Below, one piece after another: positions 38,301 to 50,300 of a stretch of DNA of 64,000 bases. How positions within the stretch are numbered: the first letter of the stretch is position 1; every line of letters begins with the position of its first letter. This DNA is from Phallusia mammillata. Its lineage: Eukaryota. The notes below the pieces were generated by a model. It was not told the DNA's origin. It did no database searches and saw only the letters and a program-made list of their open reading frames with translations. The DNA lies in NCBI GenBank assembly GCA_965637545.1, contig OZ281497.1, positions 18,538,001 to 18,602,000 on the forward strand, written 5' to 3'. Both the position numbers and the translations under genes were made by a program.

Positions 38301-41300
38301 AGCAACAACTGAAACTACTTCCGATCCACCAACTTCAGCTACAACAACGACGGAAGCAACAACTGAAACTACTTCCGATCCATCCACTTCACCTACGACA
38401 ACGACGGAAGCAACAACTGAAACTACATCCGATCCACCAACTTCGGCTACAACAACGACAGAAGCAACAATTGAAACTACATCTAATCCACCAACTTCAG
38501 CTACAACAACGACGGAAGCAACAACTGAAACTACATCCAACCCACCAACTTCAGCAACAACAACGACGGAAGCTACAACTGAAACTACATCCGATCGACC
38601 AACTTCAGCTGCAACCACGACAGAAGCAACAACTGAAACTACTTCCGATCCACCAACTTCAGCTACAACAACGACAGAAGCAACAACTGAAACTACTTCC
38701 GATCCACCAACTTCAGCTACAACAACGACGGAAGCTACAACTGAAACTACTTCCGATCCACCAACTTCAGCTACAACAACGACGGAAGCTACAACTGAAA
38801 CTACTTCCGATCCACCAACTTCAGCTACAACAACGACGGAAGCTACAACTGAAACTACTTCCGATCCACCAACTTCGGCTACAACAACGACGGAAGCAAC
38901 AATTGAAACTACATCCAACCCACCAACTTCAGCTACAACGACGACGGAAGCAACAACTGAAACTACATCCGATCGACCAACTTCAGCTGCAACCACGACA
39001 GAAGCAACAACTGAAACTACTTCCGATCCACCAACTTCAGCTACAACAACGACAGAAGCAACAACTGAAACTACTTCCGATCCACCAACTTCAGCTACAA
39101 CAACGACAGAAGCAACAACTGAAACTACTTCCGATCCACCAACTTCAGCTACAACAACGACAGAAGCAACAACTGAAACTACTTCCGATCCACCAACTTC
39201 AGCTACAACAACGACGGAAGCAACAACTGAAACTACTTCCGATCCATCCACTTCACCTACAACAACGACGGAAGCAACAACTGAAACTACATCCGATCCA
39301 CCAACTTCGGCTACAACAACGACGGAAGCAACAATTGAAACTACATCTAATCCACCAACTTCAGCTACAACAACGACGGAAGCAACAACTGAAACTACAT
39401 CCAATCCACCAACTTCAGCTACAACAACGACGGAAGCAACAACTGAAACTACATCCAACCCACCAACTTCAGCAACAACAACGACGGAAGCTACAACTCA
39501 ATCTACGTCCAACCAACCAACTTCAGCTACAACAGCGACGGAAGCAACAACTGAAACTACATCCGATCGACCAACTTCAGCTACAACAACGACGGAAGCT
39601 ACAACTCAATCTACGTCCAACCAACCAACTTCAGCTACAACAGCGACGGAAGCTACAACTGAAACATTAACATCAGGCACAACAAGGACAGGCGTGGCAT
39701 CTACCACTACATCAAATCCACCTGTAACAACCACGACAAGGATGGAAGCAACAACTGATACTTTGTCAAAAACACCAGGTACAACACCGAGCAGTAAAAA
39801 CTACATACACAATCAAAATATGAAAAAAAAATATTTTTTTTTGCTTTGAATCAATTTCTTAAATTGTTACACATTTCCTTAATTTTAAAAAAAAAATTTA
39901 ACCAAATTTTCAATCAACTTTTAGCTGCGATAAGAATGGATGAAATCCGGCAATTGTTGCAGTCAACTAGTTTTACCAACATCGTGGATGGATTTTTTCC
40001 TTATTCTTACGACAATTCTGACTCAAACATGATTCAAGATGGTGGAAATGACATGTACGATGATGGAAACAAGGTTTGTAGGATTGCATAGGTTAGAAAT
40101 CAAATGAATTAATTTTTATCTGAATTTGGCAGGTTTATTTCACCGTAAATGGAAACCAAACCAGGGCGAAGTATGACCAAACTTACAAGTAAGTAACTAT
40201 TATGTCACGTTTTGATTTTGCAACAAACAGTTTGCCTGCAAAGTATTTTGAGTCATCAACTTTCATTTGATACTTTCCTGTCCTTTTTTACACAGTTGGC
40301 CAAAATCTTCTTTTTCGACAATCGCAAGTCACCCATTTTTTGCAATCTTTACCATTGACAATAATATGGAAGGCGCTGAACCGAGAAACTTCTCCATACA
40401 AGTGGGTATACTGTCCAGATGTCATTGATAAGATCGACGCCAGTTTCATCTATAGGATCCGTGAATGCTTTTCCAAAATATAGAAGTGCTTTGACTTTTG
40501 CAGGTTGTGTCCAACCTCGGAGCGGATGGAAATGGAGAGTATTCTAACGAAACTGGTTTAATTACTAGCAACAATTTCACATTGTCTTACCACGTAGCTC
40601 AGGTGTACGGAACCCAAGATCCCAGTGTCTGCGAAGTGTATTTTCACGTTTACAAGGTAAAATTTGACAAAAACACTTATACTTGTTTGATGTGTAAAAA
40701 TATTGCCTGAAGAGCGAAGATTAACAATTACAATGTTGAAATGTTTGTTTTTTACTTTCCACTAAACCACAAATATTTAGATTCCAAGCGGAGAGTTGTC
40801 CTTTACGTCACCCCAACAAGATAGTGAGGGAATGGCCAACTTTGTAAACCTCACGGATATCACTGATAGTGCATATCTGGGATATACGTTGTTATCCAAG
40901 TAAGTCTCATCTAAAAATTGCTGGGCATAATTTGTAGCAGCGTGATTGTTTATAACTTACTAACTATTCAAATATTTTAAATTTTCAGACCGCTTGGAGT
41001 CAAATTGTCTTCAACCGAAATACTAGAAACTATGGAACTATTGTTGGAAACAGTCACGATCAGAAAAATTAATACAGAAGGTCAGATTGATTTATTACTC
41101 TCTCTTATTACTCTCAAGTCGGTTTAATATGGATTAACCAGCAATCATGAGAGACAAACGACTTTTGTTTGTACAGTTTTTCTACAAACTGAAGCCATGC
41201 TGGATAGACTTGGGGCAGTTAATTTGACAAGCCATTTGCCAGACTTTCACAAATATTTTTATGATGATACCACTGACCCTGTTAACTCGATTGTGGATGG

Positions 41301-44300
41301 AGACAGTGATATGTATGATGAAGGCAATAAGGTACACTCGGTCACTGATGTGTAAAGTGAATCATTTTTTTCTTTTTCTTGAAATCAATTTGAAACATTG
41401 AAAAACTAGCTTACCTGTTTAATTAACTTTTTTAATTTTAGGTTATTTATAGTTTATTGCTTTAAATTAGCTTTGTATTTTAGGTTTATTTTGGTTTAAA
41501 TGGAAAGAAGTTGTTTGCCGAATACAACAAAACTTACAAGTATGTTTTCTTTGTAAAACGCAAGGCCATAGGTAACGTTCAAAATGTTTATTCAGGCGAG
41601 CGGACTTCTCCTTTTCCACACTTGCTACTCACCCCTTCATAGCATTTTTCAACATAGATGCCGCAGAACAAACCAACAGAAACTATTCTATAGAGGTATA
41701 AATATCATTTAGGACAGCGGTTCTCAAACTTTTTGTCATAATGGCCCCTTCGCATTTTTTTCGAGAACCCACAGTGTAAGCTAAGTATATTCATAAAATT
41801 TAAAATACCTTGGCAAAGTAAAACTGTCGAGTTACCAACCTAAAATTTTATTCCTTCCGTCCGAAAGCATTCCCAAAACAAAATACAGAATGAATTTAGT
41901 TTAGTTTCGTTAGAACACTTTGCGTGGGAATGTTTTAACGGCAATTTATTGCGTCACAATCAAGACCAAAACAATATAAACATAGTGCGCGAACAATCGC
42001 CTCTGATCGCTACTTTAAAATGAAGTAAAGAACCACTTCTTGTCATTCGTTTGACACTTGACACTCGTTTGTCTATCTCATTTTTGCTCACACACTCGCA
42101 AGATCTCATTTTACATAAGATTGTAGAAATACTTTAGGCTCCTCGCGGTCCTTCTGAAATCGCGTGGAGGACTCTGAATGGACCGCGGACCCCAGTTTGA
42201 GAACCGCTGAATTGTTATGGTGTGATTGGGAAATGTTTTGTATCTCAACGCGAATTAGACTGAGTTTACTGTAACCTAACTGGATTTTTTTTATAAAAGC
42301 ATGAATTGTTCAGGTAACTTCAAATCTTGGAGCTGATGGATTCGGATTTATTCAGAATTTTTCTGGATCTGTGTTCAACGGCGGATACAGTCTTTTTTTC
42401 GAAGGTATCCAGGTTTACGAAGCCCTTGATGCAAGCGTGTGTGAAGTGTTTTTCTATATCTCTCAGGTAAGTTTTCGCCAGTTTGGTCTTACAGCTTAAA
42501 GTAACAAATAACTGAAAAAAATGTTTTTTCAATGAATAACTGCATACATGTTTGATCTTACAATTGCAAAACTGTGTAGTATTTTTTTAGTTTACACACA
42601 ATAAACTTGCAGAATCAAACTGGAAAAGAGTTTACCTTTTCTTCTCCGTTGCGCGGACGGCGCAGTCTCCGCAGTGAAGCTTTCTTAAGTGGAAGAATCG
42701 ACAGTGCTGTGTTTGGTTACATGCTGCTTTCGACGTAAGATTGGCAAATTGTAAATTTTTGCAAATAACAAGTAATCCCCTGCTGATGAACTTGAACAAA
42801 ATAGTTTTTTTCATGAATTTATGAGCGAAATTTATTTGTACAGCAATGCTCCTGGTCGTCAAATAACGCAAGCGGAACTTGAAACAACAATGTTGAAAAC
42901 ACTTGCTGTGATAACAGACACTGGTAAGGGTAAAGCGTTTTCCAGTCTTAAAAACCTTAAACCTTGTACAAACAACAAAATGTCTTTAGATTTACCCATT
43001 GATCAAAACGTCAATTCAGCAACCACCACCAAAACTGATGACACAACAACAGCTACCCCAAGTTTGACGTCACCTACTAGTCAATCAAGTATGTCATCGT
43101 TTCGTTTACCACACATAATTACGTCAGAAATTTTTTAATTGTTTTACATTTTTGTTGTTAGTCGGTATAACCGTCACAACTACTTTAAGCACTGCCGATC
43201 AAACCAGCACCACAGGTAAAAACTTATATTGTTTAGTGGGTATTGCCTTTGCAAGTCTTTGACACATTCAAACAAAGATAGCATTTTCAATTCCATTTTT
43301 GAGTTACTGATAAGTAAAAAGGGCCTCATATATATAATCCAAGTATTAAACTAGTGTCAGAAAAAACTACGCCGTTACAGGTACAACCAATGTGACATTG
43401 ATGACTGGAACTTCTTAAGCGTTGTTTATTGGTATATTTTTTCGACTTGTTTGCAACTCGATTATGGATAATCTAAAATGTTAAATAGATTTGGTTTCTT
43501 TGTAGCTGTCGAAACAGTAGCCCAATCTTCTATTTAATCTTCCTTCAACATAAAATTATGTAAACGCTGACTTTATAAGTTATGACGTATTTGCATTTAT
43601 AGAAGCAACCTGCAACAAACATATCTTTTACAGCAACATCCGAGATCACGCCGACGGAAGCAATAACTGCGGTTACATCCGGTCCAACGACTTTAGCTAC
43701 AACAACGACGGAAGCAACAAGTGAAACTACATCCGATCCACCAACTTCAGCTACAACAACGACGGAAGCTATAACTGAAACTACATCCAACCCACCAACT
43801 TCAGCTACAACAACGACGGAAGCAACAACTGAAACTACATCCAACCCACCAACTTCAGCTACAACAACGACAGAAGCAACAACTGAAACTACATCCAACC
43901 CACCAACTTCAGACACAACAACGAAGGAAGCAACAACTGAAACTACATCCAACCCACCAGCTTCAGCTACAACAACGACGGAAGCAACAACTGAAACTAT
44001 ATCTGATCCACCAACTTCAGCTACAACAACGACGGAAGCAACAACTGAAACCACATCCAGTCCACCAATTTCAGCTACAACGACGACGGAAGCAACAAGT
44101 GAAACTACATCCAACCCACCAACTTCATCTACAACAACGACGGAAGCAACAACTGAAACTACTTCCGACCCACCAACCTCAGCTACAACAACGACGGAAG
44201 CAACAACTGAAACTACATATGATCCACCAACTTTAGCTACAACAACTGAAACAACACCGAGTACATCAACTCCAGATACAACAACGACGGAAGCTACAAC

Positions 44301-47300
44301 TGAGGCAACATCAAATCAATTAACACCAGGTACAACAAGGGCCGGAGTGGCGTCTAGCAATATATCAAATCCACCTATAACAACCACAACTGATACTTAA
44401 AAACAGTTGTCAAAAACACCAACTATAAGTACAACATCGAGCAAAGTCCATGTCCACATACAGATTCAATATAGTAAAAAATAAATTTGTGTTTATGGAC
44501 CAAGTTTTGTATAATATCAATTTCACTATCTATACAAAAACCTTTAGCTGCTATAAGAATGGACGAAATCCGGCAATTGTTGCAGTCAACTAGTTTTACC
44601 AACATCGTGGATGGATTTTTTCCTTATTCTTACGACGATTCTGACTCAAACATGATTCGAGATGGTGGAAATGACATGTACGATGATGGAAACAAGGTTT
44701 GTAGGATTGCATAGGTTAGAAATCAAATGAATTAATTTTTATCTGAATTTGGCAGGTTTATTTCACCGTAAACGGAAACCAAACCAGGGCGAAGTATGAC
44801 CAAACTTACAAGTAAGTAACTATTGTGCCACATTAACTTTGCAACATACAGATTTGATATGAAAATATTTTATGTCATCAACTTTTATTTAATACGTTCC
44901 TGCCCTGTTTTATGCAGTGGGCCAAAATCTTCTTTTTCGACAATTGCTGGTCACCCATTTTTTGCAATCTTTACCATTGACAATAATATGGAAGGCGCTG
45001 AACCGAGAAACTTCTCCATACAAGTGGGTATACTGTCCAGATGTCATTGATAAGATCGACGCCAGTTTCATCTATGGATCCGTGAATGCTTTTCCAAAAT
45101 ATAGAAGTGCTTTGACTTTTGCAGGTTGTGTCCAACCTCGGAGCTGACGGAAATGGGGAGTATTCTAACGAAACTGGTTCAATTACTAGCAACAACTCGA
45201 CATTGTCTTACCACGTAGCTCAAGTGTATGGAACCCTAGATCCCAGTGTCTGCGAAGTGTATTTTCACGTTTCCAAGGTAAAATTTGATGAAAAGATTTT
45301 TACTTGTTTGGGTGTAAAAATATAGCTTTAAGAGCGACGATTAACAATTATACAACGTTAATATGTTTTGTTTTTTACTTTCCATTATACCACAAACATT
45401 TAGATTCCAAACGGAAAATTGTCCTTTACGTCACCCCAACAAGATAGTGAGGGAATGGCCAACTTTGTAAACCTTACAGAAAGCACTGATAGTGCATACC
45501 TGGGATATACATTGTTGTCCAAGTAAGTCTCATCTAAAAATTGCTGGGCATAATTTGTAGCAGCGTGATTGTTTATAACTTAATAACTATTCAAATATTT
45601 TAAATGTTTAGACCACTTGGAGTCAAATTGTCTTCAACCGAAATAAGAGAAACTATGGAACTATTGTTGGAAACAGTCACAATCAGGAAAATTAATACAG
45701 AAGGTCAGATTGATTTATTACTCTCTCTTATTACTCTCAAGTCGGTTTAATATGGATTAACCAGCAATCGTGAAAGACAAACGACTTTTGTTTGTACAGT
45801 TTTTCTACAAACTGAAGCCATGCTGGATAGACTTGGGGCAGTTAATCTGACAAGCCATTTGCCAGACTTTCACAAATATTTTTATGATGATACCACTGAC
45901 CCTGTTAACTCGATTGTGGATGGAGACAGTGATATGTATGATGAAGGCAATAAGGTACACTCGGTCACTGATGTGTAAAGTGAATAATTTTTTTCTTTTT
46001 GTTGAAATCAATTTGAAACATTGAAAAACTAGCTTACCTGTTTAATTAACTTTTTTAATTTTAAGTTATTTATAATTTATTGCTTTAAATTAGCTTTGTA
46101 TTTTAGGTTTATTTTGGTTTAAATGGAAAGAAGTTGTTTGCCGAATACAACAAAACTTACAAGTATGTTTTCTTTGTAAAACGCAAGGCCATAGGTAACG
46201 TTCAAAATGTTTATTCAGGCGAGCGGACTTCTCCTTTTCCACACTTGCTACTCACCCCTTTATAGCATTTTTCAACATAGATGCCGCAGAACAAACCAAC
46301 AGAAACTATTCTATAGAGGTATAAATATCATTTAGGACAGCGGTTCTCAAACTTTTTTAACTTTTTGTCATAATGGCCCCTTCGCATTTTTTTCGAGAAC
46401 CCGCAGTGTAAGCTAAGTATATTCATAAAATTTAAAATACCTTGGCAAAGTAAAACTGTCGAGTTACCAACCTAAAATTTTATTCCTTCCGTCCGAAAGC
46501 ATTCCCAAAACAAAATACAGAATGAATTTAGTTTAGTTTCGTTAGATCACTTTGCGTGGGAATGTTTTAACTGCAATTTATTGCGTCACAATCAAGACCA
46601 AAACAATATAAACATAGTGCGCGAACAATCGCCTCTGATCGCTACTTTAAAATGAAGTAAAGAACCACTTCTTGTCATTCGTTTGACACTTGACACTCGT
46701 TTGTCTATCTCATTTTTGCTCACACACTCGCAAGATCTCATTTTACATAAGATTGTAGAAATACTTTAGGCTCCCCGCGGTCCTTCTGAAATCGCGTGGA
46801 GGACTCTGAATGGACCGCGGACCCCAGTTTGAGAACCGCTGAATTGTTATGGTTTGATTGGGAAATGTTTTGTATCTCAACGCGAATTAGACTGAGTTTA
46901 CTGTAACCTAACTGGATTTTTTTTATAAAAGCATGAATTGTTCAGGTAACCTCAAATCTTGGAGCTGATGGATTCGGATTTATTCAGAATTTTTCTGGAT
47001 CTGTGTTCAACGGCGGATACAGTCTTTTTTTCGAAGGTATCCAGGTTTACGAAGCCCTTGATGCAAGCGTGTGTGAAGTGTTTTTCTATATCTCTCAGGT
47101 AAGTTTTCGCCAGTTTGGTCTTACAGCTTAAAGTAAAAAATAACTGAAAAAAATGTTTTTTCAATGAATAACTGCATACATGTTTGATCTTACAATTGCA
47201 AAACTGTGTAGTATTTTTTTAGTTTACACACAATAAACTTTGCAGAATCAAACTGGAAAAGAGTTTACCTTTTCTTCTCCGTTGCGCGGACGGCGCAGTC

Positions 47301-50300
47301 TCCGCAGTGAAGCTTTCTTAAGTGGAAGAATCGACAGTGCTGTGTTTGGTTACATGCTGCTTTCGACGTAAGATTGGCAAATTGTATTTTTTTGCAAATA
47401 ACAAGTAATCCCCTGCTGATGAACTTGAACAAAATAGTTTTTTTCATGAATTTATGAGCGAAATTTATTTGTACAGCAATGCTCCTGGTCGTCAAATAAC
47501 GCAAGCGGAACTTGAAACAACAATGTTGAAAACACTTGCTGTGATAACAGACACTGGTAAGGGTAAAGCGTTTTCCAGTCTTAAAAACCTTAAACCTTGT
47601 ACAAACAACAACATGTCTTTAGATTTACCCATTGATCAAAACGTCAATTCAGCAACCACCACCAAAACTGATGACACAACAACAGCTACCCCAAGTATGA
47701 CGTCACCTACTGGTCAATCAAGTACATTATTATTTCGTTTACCATCCATAATTACGTCAGAAAAATTCTAATTGATTCACATTTTTGTTGTTCGTAGGTA
47801 CAACCGTCACAACTACTTTAAGCACTACCGTTCAAACCAGCACCACAGGTAAAAACTTATATTGTTTAGTGGATGTTGCCTTTGCAAACCTTTGACACAT
47901 TCGAACAAAGATGGCATTTTCAATTCCACTTTTGAGTTACTGATAAGTAGCCTAAAAAGGGTCTTGGATTTACAAATAAAGTTTTTGACCAGTACCAGAA
48001 AAAAACTACGCCGTTACAGGTACAACCAATGTACCATTGATGACTGTAAAAGCGTTGTTTTTTTAGTATTTTTTTTCGATTAGTTTGCAACTCGATTATG
48101 GGTAATCTAAAATGTTAAATAGATTTATTTTCTTTGTAGCTGCCGAAACAGTAGCCCAATCTTCCATCCAATCAACCTTCTTCGACATTCCAAGTAAGCT
48201 TTGCCTAAACTGTGTTTGCAAATTAAACTAATTTGCTGTTTTTAACAACACAAAGATTTAAAGTTCATGAGTGCAATTGTTTAGCATAAAATAATTACGT
48301 TTCTGTATGACAACGTTAAATATGGTTCATCATTATCTGAAATTGGTTTTACTTGGTAGTACCACGTACCAAGTTGGTACCATTACAATATGTATATTTG
48401 GTTTAACTGACAGTTGTATGGAGGGGCGACTACCTGTTGGAATGGTTTCGAACAGGCAACCTCACTGACCATATTTTCCGATACCGTGACTATCTATACG
48501 ACAGTTCGGACTTGTTAAAGATAACAGATGGAGGAAATGACATGTTTGATGATGGTAACATGGTACGTATCAAATAAAGAAAATCTAACGCCAGGAATTC
48601 GCGCTGGCGTCACACTATGAGTCCAATGGCTGGAAACGCGTGAATTTTATACATTCACGTCAATCATGTGGCTTACGTTAACACGGTTTTCTGCGAAGAA
48701 AACATACACTCAAAATGGGAAACAGAAAATAATTTTATGCCGGCAAAAGAAAAGCTTACTAGAGTTTTGGGGTTATCACAGATATACTTAGTTTGATATC
48801 ATCAGAAAGCATTCTACAAATATAAAAACGTATATTTCAAATGTAAGGCAAATTGAACAGCTATACTGCAAAATCAAGCTCACCTTGTAAAAGCAACATT
48901 ATTTCTTTCGTCACAGTTATAAATTTAGCATTACGATCTATTAATGACAAACAAATATTATTTAGCCTAGGTACCTTCGATTGCCTTATCTAAAGTTCGC
49001 AAATTCAAGTCATCAAGTAACGAACTATACACCTGGTCTAAACCAATGCTCTTCAACCTCTTTTGGTTTGGTGAACCCTTAAAGTTGTTGTGACAAACTC
49101 ATGCACCCTGCATTTTTGATAAAAAACGTTTGACGTAGTTAACGTCAATCCGCACTCTGCGCAAAACGTCTTTTGACGTAGATATACGTCAACCGGACGG
49201 AAAGTCTTAGACATCAGCGTTTAAAAAAAATACAGAGGTTCATTCATACATCAGTTGAAACCTACATCTTTTTTATAATATCCCGAAAGTCAAATATTGA
49301 TAGTCCATTATTTAAAAGTTTCTGATGCACCCATATGTACCTTTTCGTACCGGTGCACCGTGCACACCGGTTGAAGAGGACTGCAATCTAAACTAAACTC
49401 ATATTAAATGGCCAAATGCACATCAGAGAAAAAGAAACTACAAGGGTATTGTTACGTCATAGGGGATTCTAGCATTGTGGTGCAACCACGCCATAAGAGA
49501 TGTGACGTATATATACGGTTGAGTGATTTACGATGTTGCAATATATATATGTATGAGCTGATCGTTTGAAAGTTCTTGGTTAAATTTTTCTTGTTTTTAG
49601 GTGTACTTTACCGTGAACGACAACCGAACGTTAGCAAAGTACAACACCGAATATGTGTAAGTTGGTTTATAATCTAGAAGTAGATTTTTCCACTGTCCTT
49701 GTAAGCGTTTTGTTCATAAAAAAATTAATTGCCAAACAAGATAGTTATGTTTTTGTGCTTTTCGCTGGTTTGCAGGCATCTTTAACCAGTGGTGGGACTA
49801 AATTTTTTGTCAGCCGGTTCTACAAATAACCTTTTATATCAAAGTATTATATTCAACAACAATAAAAGTAATAGTATCATTTAAAAAAACACTTTTTTTC
49901 TACAGCGGTTCGAGTTACACGTTTACATCGACTGCAGTTCAACCCTTTATTGCAGTTTTTAACTTGGACAAAATCGACGAAAACTCAGAACCGATGAACT
50001 ACTCGATTCAGGTGTTAAAATAAATAAGTTTAAACACTCTAATTTCCATGTTTAGTAATGCAATTCTACCAAAATGGAAGATTATCTTGCTGTCTTTGAC
50101 TCTAGACGTAAAAACTATTACAGTCACATGTTTGATTTTTGTGTTTCGTTGATAAAAATGTTGAGCAATATGTGGAAACCTGATGACATGTTAGACAATA
50201 ATTACCAACTCTCAACAATGTTGTGTCTACACAGCGAAACAGCAAAATCCGCAGACAAGTTTATGATATCTTATGTTAACAGGTGTTGTCTGCACTTGGA

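Larger units (their letters stand above)
38082..48190 (+). repeat. Recent intragenic tandem duplication (copy 1 about 38082-43545, copy 2 about 43546-48190)
   Basis: Near-identical exons, introns and an embedded MITE at an offset of about 4.63 kb (e.g. 42320 vs 46952, 42821 vs 47454). Confidence 0.95.

Noticed and set aside
38091-39458. 455-aa minus-strand Val-rich ORF (also 43545-44114) and 399-aa plus-strand Gln/Leu ORF 38471-39670
   Set aside because: Shadow frames of the 54-bp repeat. The Thr/Ser/Pro frame is the one with splice sites in the correct phase.
38203-39660. Regularly spaced repeats resembling a CRISPR array
   Set aside because: Contiguous tandem units with no unique spacers, in a eukaryotic coding exon, and no cas genes.
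43361-43420. Possible extra linker mini-exon (and its copy near 47999)
   Set aside because: Phase differs between the two copies because of A-run length, and splice signals are ambiguous.
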